64,000 bases of DNA from Phycisphaerales bacterium (lineage in GTDB: Bacteria > Planctomycetota > Phycisphaerae > UBA1845 > Fen-1342), in NCBI GenBank assembly GCA_016716475.1, contig JADJWG010000004.1, forward strand, positions 852,725-916,724, in the 5' to 3' direction. Positions 9,724 to 17,657 of this stretch are shown piece after piece. The notes under the pieces are model-generated. The model did not search any database, had not been told where the DNA came from, and saw only the letters and a program-made list of their open reading frames with translations. Both the position numbers and the translations under genes were made by a program. Each line of letters starts with the position of its first letter. Positions within the stretch are counted from its first letter, which is position 1.

Positions 9724-10497
9724 ATGTATCGACACTCGCTGAGACTAGGGGCCGGTTGTGCCGCACTACTGTTCGCCTTTTCGGCCACCGCTGCCATCAC
9801 CCACTCGACGCAACACAGCACGGCCGTCAATGGCCTCGACGCACAGATTGCCGCGAATGACATCATCGCCGGCATGATTGGCACGGAACTGCCCGGCGAT
9901 CTCGGTTGGCACCCGGCCAACTCGAATCCTGCCGACCAGTTGCCGGCCCTGACGGACGGCGCGGGCCTGCTGGGCTCCGGCCTCACAGGTCTGCTCAACG
10001 ACTTCCCGGGCGTCGGCACCCCCGCCAAGCTCATCCGTTACGACTTCGCCGCCGCGGACCTCGCCGAGATCCGCATTCTCTCGGGCAACGCCGGCCGCGA
10101 CGGCCGTGTATTCTCGACCACGGTCATCCGCTATTCGAACAATGACGGCCAGAGCTGGGATCTGCTGGGCTATTTCCAGTCGGATCCGTCCGGCACGCTG
10201 AATTCAGGCGGTGGCAACAATTGGGCCTCGACCCTCGTCACGATTTACGACGACGCCAGCCCGACGCTGCTGGCCGGCGCCACGAACCTGATCTTCGAAC
10301 TGTACGCGGTTGACAACACCGGCGGCCAGATGCGTGATCCGTTCGATGGCGTCAATCCGTTCACGGGTGTTGATGATGGCCTGACCGCCGCGTTCGTCTC
10401 TCCGCTGATCTGGGAGATCGACGTGGTTGAGGTGCCGGAACCGGCCGGTCTGCTGCTCCTCACGCTGGTGGGTGCGCTGGCTATTCGCCGCCGCTAG
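9724..10497 (+). CDS. PEP-CTERM-anchored secreted protein carrying the same uncharacterised module
   Basis: Strong RBS GGAGGAG. Signal peptide MYRHSLRLGAGCAALLFAFSATAA. Body has IRYDF...LAEIRILSGNAGRDGRVF...MRDPFDG...IWEIDVV. C-terminus VPEPAGLLLLTLVGALAIRRR is a canonical PEP-CTERM sorting signal. Confidence 0.75.
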   Translation: MYRHSLRLGAGCAALLFAFSATAAITHSTQHSTAVNGLDAQIAANDIIAGMIGTELPGDLGWHPANSNPADQLPALTDGAGLLGSGLTGLLNDFPGVGTPAKLIRYDFAAADLAEIRILSGNAGRDGRVFSTTVIRYSNNDGQSWDLLGYFQSDPSGTLNSGGGNNWASTLVTIYDDASPTLLAGATNLIFELYAVDNTGGQMRDPFDGVNPFTGVDDGLTAAFVSPLIWEIDVVEVPEPAGLLLLTLVGALAIRRR

Positions 10498-10531
10498 AAG
10501 GTACGTGACGGTAGGGAGCGTTCCAATTCAG

Positions 10532-10568
10532 ACCGCGGGATGGCTTGTCCACCCCGCGGTTTTTCTTT
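10532..10568 (+). terminator. Rho-independent terminator after the PEP-CTERM gene
   Basis: accgcggg-atggcttgtcca-ccccgcggt stem-loop followed by tttttcttt. Located between the stop at 10497 and the next start at 10618. Confidence 0.6.
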
Positions 10569-10617
10569 AGGGTCTCCTACGCGGCCGCACACTCTCTGCG
10601 TGCCCGTGGGAGGACCG

Positions 10618-13230
10618 ATGATGCACAGCCGAATCTCGTGGCGCGCGAACGCGACTTGGATTCACACCAGCTTGCTCTTGATGGCGACGGTGTCCCTGCC
10701 GGGCTGCGTCGTAGTCGCGGGATGGCCGCCGTTCGGACCACCCCGGACGATGGACCTTGACTTCGAGCAGCGCCGGCTCAGCCCCTTCGGCATCCACGGG
10801 CCAAGCTACTCCCACTGGGTCGCCGAGGGCAAGCCGCATCTCTGGGAAGAGGGGACCGCCCGCCTGCGCATCATCCGCGACAGCGGTGCCCGGTGGGTGC
10901 GGCAGGACTTCTGGTGGGCGCAGGTCGAGCCGCAGCCGGGAAGGTGGGAGTGGGCGAACTTCGACCGCGCGGTCGAAAGCTACGAGCGGGCCGGCGTGAA
11001 TGTGCTTGCCATTCTCTGCTACGGTTCCGCGTGGGGTGGCGGTGACAGCCCGACCACGCCGGAAGAGCGCGCGGCCTTCGGTGTTTACGTGCATGAGATG
11101 GTCAAACGCTATCGTGGGCGGATTCACGCCTGGGAAATCTGGAACGAGCCGAACATTCAGCCATTCTGGTCCCCGCGGCCGGACCCGGCACTCTATGCGG
11201 AACTGCTGAAGGTTGCCTACCGCGCGGCGAAAGAGGCGGACCCGAATTGCGTGGTGGTGGGTGGGGTGACCGCCGGTCCGGATGCGGCGTTCGTTGCGGG
11301 AATGTACGCCCATGGCGCCGCTGGCCACTTCGATGTGCTCAGCTACCACAACTACAACCAGCACGCCGACCTCGACACCGAGTGGCCTGCGCTGAAGCGG
11401 CTGCGCGAAATCATGGCCGCGAACGGGGACGCCGAGAAGCCGATCTGGCATACGGAGAACGGCTTCTACACAGGGCCGGTCGGGCTCTCCGAGGAAGACC
11501 AGGCCGCGCGCCTGATGCGCTACTCACTCGGGCTGCTGGGGCTGGGGATCGAGCGGACGTTTCAGCTTACGGTGGCAGACTGGACGGACGATCCGAATTC
11601 CGCTGACCGCAGCGTGTATCGCGGGCTGACGCGCACCGACTACACGCCGAAGCTTGCGCTGCGGGCCTACCAGGTGATGGCAGCGCGAGTGGGAATGCTG
11701 CGGGCGCAGGGTATCTTTCGGCCGGCGCCAGGAGTCACCGGCATCCTGTTCGGCGCGCCCGAGGGGTTTTCCGGCGGCAGCGCCGACACGCTGGTCGTGT
11801 GGCGTGATTGGAGCGCGCCGCGCGCTCCTGCCTGCCTCGTGCTCGGCGTCCCCGTTGTCCTGCTGCAGGATCTGCACGGCGGATGGCGCATCGAGCGGTC
11901 CGACAGCGGCGTGTACGAGATAGAGGTGGGCCGCGAGCCGCTGTACATCCTCGCGCCCGGCGAGACGATTCGGCAATCCGCAACCGCGGTGCGCTGGGAC
12001 GATCCGCTCCGCAGTACGACACCTCGCGATCTGGCAACCCCGTTGCAGGTCACGCTCGACGTGGTGCCGCCGCAGGGTGTGTCGTTCCGGATCGGCACGG
12101 GCGATCCCGACGATCGCGAGAGTTCGGTCGAGATCGCGCGCCTCGTTGTGCCGGCGCCCGGTACGAATCGAGTCTCGCTGAACACGCTGGGCTTCGAGCC
12201 GGGCCGGCACGAGGTGTGGTGGGAGCTTGCTCCACTCGGCGGGGTGGATGCCCTGATCGTTCGCGGGTATCGCGAGCTCGAAGTCCTGCCGCCCGTGCGT
12301 TTTGGCTTTGATCGCTTTCCACAGCTCGATGCGACCGCCCCGGCGGTTCCGGCCTTCGTCGAGTATGCCGGCGCTAAGCCGGCCACCGGCCGGCTGTGGG
12401 TCGAGCTTGATGGGCGGGCGGTTGCCACGCAGCACGAGATCGAACTTACACCCGGCGCGGCGGTGCGAACCGGTGTGCCGCTCGACTTGACCGCGTTCGA
12501 GGCCGGGTTGCCTGCATCGGTGACGCTGCAACTCGAGATCGAGGAGGAGCGGTACACTGTCGCGGCCGAGAAGCGCCTGATCGCGTGTCCGCCAGCGCCG
12601 GGGGCGGTGCGGGTCGACGGCGATCTCTCCGAGTGGCGCGCCCGCCCGCCGCAGATTCGGCCGGAGATGATGCGTTGGGAGTACGTCAACGCCGACGATC
12701 CGCCGGGGCCGGACGACCTGAGCGTAACGGCATGGCTTGCGTGGGACGAGCGTGGCCTGTGGTTCGCGGCCGAGGTGCGCGACGACGTCCTTGTCCTGCC
12801 CCAATCGCGTCATGTCTGGGACTGGGATTCGGTGCAGATCGGGCTCGACTTGGGCAGCGACGCGCAGCCCGCCACGCCCTACGACGGCAACGATCTCGAG
12901 ATTGAGGTCGGGGCCAACGGGGGTGGTCCGACCTGGTGTTACCTCGGCGCGTGCCCGCCCGGCTGGCCGGCCGAGGACCTCTCCGACCGGCTGCAATGTG
13001 CTGTGAAGGTGGACGAAGCGGGCGGCATCCTGACCTACGAAGTCCATGTTCCCGCCGACCTGCTCGTCTCCGTGCTGAAGCTGGAACCGGACACGGTGCT
13101 CGGCTTCTCGTTCCTCGTGAACGACAACGACGGCGCCGGCCGCGCCGGGTGGCAGGAACTCACACCCGGTATCGGGATGGGCAAACAGCCGGAACATTTC
13201 GCGTGGCTATGGCTGCGCCCGGACGAGTAA
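10618..13230 (+). CDS. Glycoside hydrolase (clan GH-A TIM barrel, GH5/GH39-like) with C-terminal CBM9-like module
   Basis: FWWAQVEPQPGRWEW and AWEIWNEPN (catalytic acid/base NEP) motifs. C-terminal DGDLSEWR...WDSVQIGLD resembles CBM9. N-terminal hydrophobic signal. RBS GGGAGGA. Confidence 0.7.
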   Translation: MMHSRISWRANATWIHTSLLLMATVSLPGCVVVAGWPPFGPPRTMDLDFEQRRLSPFGIHGPSYSHWVAEGKPHLWEEGTARLRIIRDSGARWVRQDFWWAQVEPQPGRWEWANFDRAVESYERAGVNVLAILCYGSAWGGGDSPTTPEERAAFGVYVHEMVKRYRGRIHAWEIWNEPNIQPFWSPRPDPALYAELLKVAYRAAKEADPNCVVVGGVTAGPDAAFVAGMYAHGAAGHFDVLSYHNYNQHADLDTEWPALKRLREIMAANGDAEKPIWHTENGFYTGPVGLSEEDQAARLMRYSLGLLGLGIERTFQLTVADWTDDPNSADRSVYRGLTRTDYTPKLALRAYQVMAARVGMLRAQGIFRPAPGVTGILFGAPEGFSGGSADTLVVWRDWSAPRAPACLVLGVPVVLLQDLHGGWRIERSDSGVYEIEVGREPLYILAPGETIRQSATAVRWDDPLRSTTPRDLATPLQVTLDVVPPQGVSFRIGTGDPDDRESSVEIARLVVPAPGTNRVSLNTLGFEPGRHEVWWELAPLGGVDALIVRGYRELEVLPPVRFGFDRFPQLDATAPAVPAFVEYAGAKPATGRLWVELDGRAVATQHEIELTPGAAVRTGVPLDLTAFEAGLPASVTLQLEIEEERYTVAAEKRLIACPPAPGAVRVDGDLSEWRARPPQIRPEMMRWEYVNADDPPGPDDLSVTAWLAWDERGLWFAAEVRDDVLVLPQSRHVWDWDSVQIGLDLGSDAQPATPYDGNDLEIEVGANGGGPTWCYLGACPPGWPAEDLSDRLQCAVKVDEAGGILTYEVHVPADLLVSVLKLEPDTVLGFSFLVNDNDGAGRAGWQELTPGIGMGKQPEHFAWLWLRPDE

Positions 13231-13251
13231 GCGCCGGCTTGCCGCTCGCCC

Positions 13252-14295
13252 TCAGCCCCGTACGTCAGAGGATCCGGTACCGATACGGTCCCACTTTTCG
13301 AATACGGCCCGCACGGTGTCCGGCCGGCAACCGGGACCGAATTCGCACTGCGCGATGACGCCGCCGTGCCCACGGTAGAGCGCCTGCGCGACGCGCTGCA
13401 CAGCCGCACGCGTTTCATCCGCCGTGCCGAACGCGAGCAGGCGCTGCCGGTCGATCTCACCCCAGAAAGTGATGCGCCCCCGGAAACGCCGCCCGATCTC
13501 CTCGATGTCCATGCAGAAGAGCTGGCTGTTGATGGCGTCGATGCCGATCTCGATCAGGTCTTCGTAGATGTCGAAGATGTGGCCATCGCTGTGCATGAAC
13601 GCGAACTTGCCGGCGTCGTGGATGATCTGCACGTAGTCCGCATAGAGCGGCTTGAACAGCTCACGCCAAACCTGCGGGCGGATCAGCAGGTTCTGCTGGG
13701 TGCCCCAGTCGTCATACCATACGATCCCGTCGATATCCGTCTGCACCCAATGCGTCAGCAGCGCACAGGCCCACTCGTGGACGCGCTCCCGCAGCGTGAA
13801 GAAACCGGCCGGCCGGCGGGCGATGTCCTTCAGCAGGTTCTCCGTACCTCGCAGGAACTGCATCCGCTCGAATGGGCGGATCGGCGCGAGTGCCGCCATG
13901 AACCCATCCGACGCCGCGCACGACCGGTTCACCGGGTCGGGGTTGATCTCCACCCATGCCCACGGCGGCCGGACCTTGTCGAGGTCGCCCGTGTAGCTCT
14001 TGACGAGCGGGTCGCGGACCTCGCCCATCACGTGCTGCTGCAACGTGACGAAAGCGCAGCCCCACTCGTCGACGTAAGTGCCGACCTCCTCCGGATCGCC
14101 GCGCACGCAGTCGACGGGTGGCAGGTGAATCTCGGGTCCGTGGATGTCGTCGGGGAAGTCACGCCGCAGGGCCGCCAACTCGTCCGGGTAGGCCTTTGCC
14201 GCCAATGGTCCGGCCCACACCTGTCGCGGTACGCGGGGGGTGGACTCGAAGCGCAGTGTGCGCTGCACCAGTTCGCGGGGCGTCAGGGTGGACAT
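13252..14295 (-). CDS. Uroporphyrinogen decarboxylase (URO-D)-like protein (MtaA/CmuA-type methyltransferase family)
   Basis: Start MSTLTPRELVQRTLRFE with GAGGGAG RBS. Length about 347 aa, with URO-D-like fold sequence features. The upstream part of the 430-aa ORF is out-of-frame junk. Confidence 0.65.
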   Translation of the reverse strand: MSTLTPRELVQRTLRFESTPRVPRQVWAGPLAAKAYPDELAALRRDFPDDIHGPEIHLPPVDCVRGDPEEVGTYVDEWGCAFVTLQQHVMGEVRDPLVKSYTGDLDKVRPPWAWVEINPDPVNRSCAASDGFMAALAPIRPFERMQFLRGTENLLKDIARRPAGFFTLRERVHEWACALLTHWVQTDIDGIVWYDDWGTQQNLLIRPQVWRELFKPLYADYVQIIHDAGKFAFMHSDGHIFDIYEDLIEIGIDAINSQLFCMDIEEIGRRFRGRITFWGEIDRQRLLAFGTADETRAAVQRVAQALYRGHGGVIAQCEFGPGCRPDTVRAVFEKWDRIGTGSSDVRG

Positions 14296-14320
14296 GCAAG
14301 GTACTCCCTCATGCAGGCGG

Positions 14321-14566
14321 TTACTCGCGGGCGACAGCCACCAGTGCCCGTACGTTTTCCGGCGGCGTTCCGGGGGGCAGCTTGCAGCCGACCCCCACAA
14401 TGTACCGCGGGCGCAGGGCGCGCGGAGGGGCATCGGCGGCGTATTCCAACCGGACCCCGCAGTCGGCGACATCGCACCACGCGTCGGAGCAGCACGCAAC
14501 GAGGTCAAGTTCGAAGTCTTCGAGCGCTGCGCGCGTCCGATCAACGGAGTTCATTGACTTCCCCAT
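14321..14566 (-). CDS. Hypothetical small Cys-rich protein (81 aa)
   Basis: Stop is 25 nt upstream of the URO-D-like start. Motifs CCSDAWCDVADC and GVGC. GC3 about 75%. No recognisable family. Confidence 0.3.
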   Translation of the reverse strand: MGKSMNSVDRTRAALEDFELDLVACCSDAWCDVADCGVRLEYAADAPPRALRPRYIVGVGCKLPPGTPPENVRALVAVARE

Positions 14567-14760
14567 CCGGCACGGTGAAGGCTTGGCGTGGAACCCGGAG
14601 GACGCGGGATTTACCCGTCAGAAAGAGATTCCGTTCACCTGGGGACGGGGCGAGGTGCGGGAGATGCCCTGATCGCCGGTCCTAACATGTGCCGGAAACA
14701 GGACTTCCGGCGAGCCGATATCCTTTTGACGCGGCCGGGCCGCGGGGGACAATAAGGAGC

Positions 14761-15933
14761 ATGTCCCGTCCACGGCGCAGGAACCGGAACGATCACGGCG
14801 GGTTGCCCAAGCCGCCCGCCCAGTCGCCGCCGGTCTCGCCGCCCGGCAACGGCCGCTGGCGGGGCGTCGTTCGCTACGGCGCGGTGTTCGCCTGTGGTGC
14901 CGCCCTCGCCGCCGCTGGGTTCGTTCTGCCTGATCGCCTGAAGCCAAAGCCCACCAAACCCGCATACGGCAGCATAGTTACCCCGAAGTTCGACTACGAG
15001 CGGCCGTGGCGCGCCGGTGCAATCCCGACTTCGCATTACGACCTGCTGAAGATGACGCCGGACGAGCTGGCGCAGACCGACTTCGCGCTGATGAACCTGC
15101 TCTGCGCGAAGGACCTGCCCGGCACCGAGGGAATGCACATCCCAGCGATGCTCAGGCAGCTCGACGAGTGGGCCGCGAAGGTTGCGTTTGAGACCGAGCG
15201 GCACCTCTACCGCGTCAACGATCCGAAGTACGCCGACCATTACCAGCATTCCGAGGCCCGCCTGCGGGCCGAGTTCATCGTCCAGGTGCTTCAGGAAGAT
15301 TGCGGCGTACATTACAACTTGGCGCGCGTCCGTGATCCCGACTACCGCAATTCGAAAGACATCTTTCTGCATGGCATGATCGGCAGCGACAACGGCGGCA
15401 CGTGTGCGTCGATGCCGGTCATGTACACCGCGATCGCTCGGCGACTGGGCTACCCGATCAAGCGCGCGTTGGCCCGCGAGCACGTGTTCATGCGCTGGGA
15501 CGATGGCAAGGAACGCTTCAACATCGATGGCGCCGGCAACGGCGGCGTCGATTACCCGACCGACGACTTCTACCGCACCTGGCCGCACCCACTCACGGAC
15601 AGGATGCTCGCTTCCGGCGAGTTCCTCAACTCGCTGACGCCGCAGGAAGAGCTATCGCTGTTCCTCGAACTTCGCGGTGTCTGCCTGCACGAACACGGCC
15701 GCTTCCCTGAGGCGAGCGAGACGTACGCGGCTGCGCACCGGCTGAAGCCGAAGGTGGTCATGCCGCGCCTGGCGGCCATGACCGCCATTGAAGCCACGCC
15801 GATGCCGAACCGCGAGAAGGACCAGTTACTGGCCTATACGTTCGACGTACTGAACATGCAGCGACAGGCCTTCGGGCGCTTCAAGAAGCGTTCGCTGGCC
15901 GACGACGACACGACGCCTTTCCTGCCGATGTAA
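14761..15933 (+). CDS. Transglutaminase-like (Cys-His-Asp) domain protein with N-terminal TM segment
   Basis: RBS AAGGAG before MSRPRRRNRND. GGTCASMPVMYTAIARRLGYPIK (Cys), EHVFMRWDD (His), FNID (Asp). Confidence 0.65.
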   Translation: MSRPRRRNRNDHGGLPKPPAQSPPVSPPGNGRWRGVVRYGAVFACGAALAAAGFVLPDRLKPKPTKPAYGSIVTPKFDYERPWRAGAIPTSHYDLLKMTPDELAQTDFALMNLLCAKDLPGTEGMHIPAMLRQLDEWAAKVAFETERHLYRVNDPKYADHYQHSEARLRAEFIVQVLQEDCGVHYNLARVRDPDYRNSKDIFLHGMIGSDNGGTCASMPVMYTAIARRLGYPIKRALAREHVFMRWDDGKERFNIDGAGNGGVDYPTDDFYRTWPHPLTDRMLASGEFLNSLTPQEELSLFLELRGVCLHEHGRFPEASETYAAAHRLKPKVVMPRLAAMTAIEATPMPNREKDQLLAYTFDVLNMQRQAFGRFKKRSLADDDTTPFLPM

Positions 15934-16050
15934 GGCGGGCGCTCCGAGCCGGTGATTCCGAAGCCGCCCCAGCAAGGCGTGCCGAAGGGACCATGAGATC
16001 CATGAGCTGGCCGTCCCGAAGAAGACGGCGGCTCTTTGAGAGGATTTGCC

Positions 16051-16920
16051 ATGCGATGCCGAAACAACTTGACGTTGCTGCTGGGCCTGGTCGCTCCGAT
16101 TCTGCTCGTGGACGCGGCGCAAGCGTACTACACGGCGGGCTTAGGGAGATTTCTCTGGCGCGATCCGTATTGCGAGCTTGGCTCGATCGTGATGCGTGAG
16201 CGCGACGGGCGAGCGTTCCTAAATCCACTGAGCGAGTTCGCCGATCTTCAGACGGAAGTGCATCTCTACGCCTACGTTCTTAACCGGCCGACTGATGCGA
16301 TTGACCCGTTTGGGCTCAATCTATACGCCATCGATGGGACGTGGGCCTCGTGGGGGCAGGGAACCAATACGGAGTGGATATACCGTTTGACCAGAGAAAC
16401 CAAGTACTACTGGAACGGACCGAGCTACGGTTTGACGGGAATGGACTCAGTCGGGATCGCGCGCGGCGTGCATGACCAGATTTGCAGGGATTTGCAGAAT
16501 GCGGCGAAGAAGTGCGCGACCATCACGATCAACCTCGTCGGATGGAGTCGTGGTGCCAGCGTCGCAATATGGGTAGCGCACAAGCTAAACCGCGAGGGCT
16601 GCAAAGTCTGTGGTAACCAAGTTTACCCAATCGTTGATTGGCTGGGGCTCTTTGACGCCGTTGACCAGAGTCCAGGCATTCCAAATTGGGCGATGTCAAA
16701 CCCGCCAAACGCGCTCGTGATATCACATGCTGTGAAGACGTCAACCAGCACCTGGGAGTGGACGAAGTTCCCGACGGCTCCGGTATTCCCACAAACGCTG
16801 TTCTGGCGCAAGGACGGTTCCGGGACGACCCACGGCGATATCGGTGCCAACAAGTTCAACAATAACGCGTTTTTCTGGATGAGAAGCCAGGCGAAGGCGG
16901 CCGGAGTGAAGATCAAATGA
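16051..16920 (+). CDS. Orphan polymorphic-toxin module: Sec signal, Rhs-core C-terminal end (..GRFLWRDP..LYAYVLNRPTDAIDPFGL), DUF2235/Tle1-like alpha/beta-hydrolase lipase domain
   Basis: Signal MRCRNNLTLLLGLVAPILLVDAAQA. YY..GLGRFLWRDP and DPFGL are hallmarks of the last YD repeat / Rhs core boundary. Downstream: IDGTWASWGQGTN (FDGTWN-like), GWSRGA (GxSxG nucleophile), LFDAVD, HGDIG. Local GC about 57% versus about 68% in the flanks. Confidence 0.6.
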   Translation: MRCRNNLTLLLGLVAPILLVDAAQAYYTAGLGRFLWRDPYCELGSIVMRERDGRAFLNPLSEFADLQTEVHLYAYVLNRPTDAIDPFGLNLYAIDGTWASWGQGTNTEWIYRLTRETKYYWNGPSYGLTGMDSVGIARGVHDQICRDLQNAAKKCATITINLVGWSRGASVAIWVAHKLNREGCKVCGNQVYPIVDWLGLFDAVDQSPGIPNWAMSNPPNALVISHAVKTSTSTWEWTKFPTAPVFPQTLFWRKDGSGTTHGDIGANKFNNNAFFWMRSQAKAAGVKIK

Positions 16921-17216
16921 CGCGACCGCGCTACTGGCCGCTTGCGGTCCTTCTTGTTACCGATGCACTGGCTGTCCCACTCATCGTGTCCCGTTGGATG
17001 GTGGCGTCGTACAGCAGTGTGATGGAAGCGGCATACTTGGCGTTGGGGGTGCTAATCGTGCAGCTTCCGCTGTGCATCTACGGCGCAATTGCAGCCAGAA
17101 AGGCGAGCTCGCGCGGTCTCTTCCGTGCGTATGTCGCACACGCGCTCGGCACCATCGGCCTTTTCATCGCCGCCGAGCTCGGGTTACCTCGCTTGTTTGT
17201 ACCCCTGACAGGCTGA
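16917..17216 (+). CDS. Small 3-TM membrane protein, putative cognate immunity protein
   Basis: Start overlaps the toxin stop (ATGA), consistent with translational coupling. 99 aa, three hydrophobic helices. Lower GC, like the toxin gene. Confidence 0.45.
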   Translation: MTRPRYWPLAVLLVTDALAVPLIVSRWMVASYSSVMEAAYLALGVLIVQLPLCIYGAIAARKASSRGLFRAYVAHALGTIGLFIAAELGLPRLFVPLTG

Positions 17217-17451
17217 TACCAGAGGCACACAGGTCAAACAACTCAGCCCCAGCCGAGTTCGTCGAGGGCGAGTCGCCCGAAGCCCCGCTCGCGCAACTCG
17301 CACCAGAGGCCCAGTCGTAGAAGACGATGACGGGCATCGCAATAGCACCAGCCAAGCCGAGGCCGAGCGAGATGAGCCCGATCACGCACGCGACGACCGG
17401 GGTGCATGCGATGGTCGGCATTCTGTCGCCGATCTCGGCCAGCAGCAGCAT
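17164..17451 (-). CDS. Hypothetical small membrane protein (doubtful)
   Basis: MLLLAEIGDRMPTIACTPVVACVIGLISLGLGLAGAIAMPVIVFY... with one TM helix. Overlaps the immunity gene 3' end by about 50 nt in antisense. No homology recognised. Confidence 0.2.
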   Translation of the reverse strand: MLLLAEIGDRMPTIACTPVVACVIGLISLGLGLAGAIAMPVIVFYDWASGASCASGASGDSPSTNSAGAELFDLCASGISLSGVQTSEVTRARRR

Positions 17452-17657
17452 TCCGCTATCGTAACGAGCCACATCCGCCGCCGCCTCGCGTGGAACGGCG
17501 GGGAGCGCAACTGGATCGATCCCTCCGGCTACGGCATCCTCGTGGTTATGGATGGGTTGCCGCTTGCCCCTACGCAGACCGACCGGTAGTTTGCGCTCGT
17601 CCTGAACCCCCCGCGTGCGGGGGGGGCGCACCTTGCGTCGTGCCGGGAGGATGGCTC

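Noticed and set aside
14321-14566. CobE/CbiG-like 'VGVGCKLPPGT' motif in the 81-aa ORF
   Set aside because: In CobE/CbiG this motif sits at the N-terminus of an about 130-aa domain. Here it is 3 residues from the stop, so the resemblance is probably coincidental. ORF kept only as low-confidence hypothetical.
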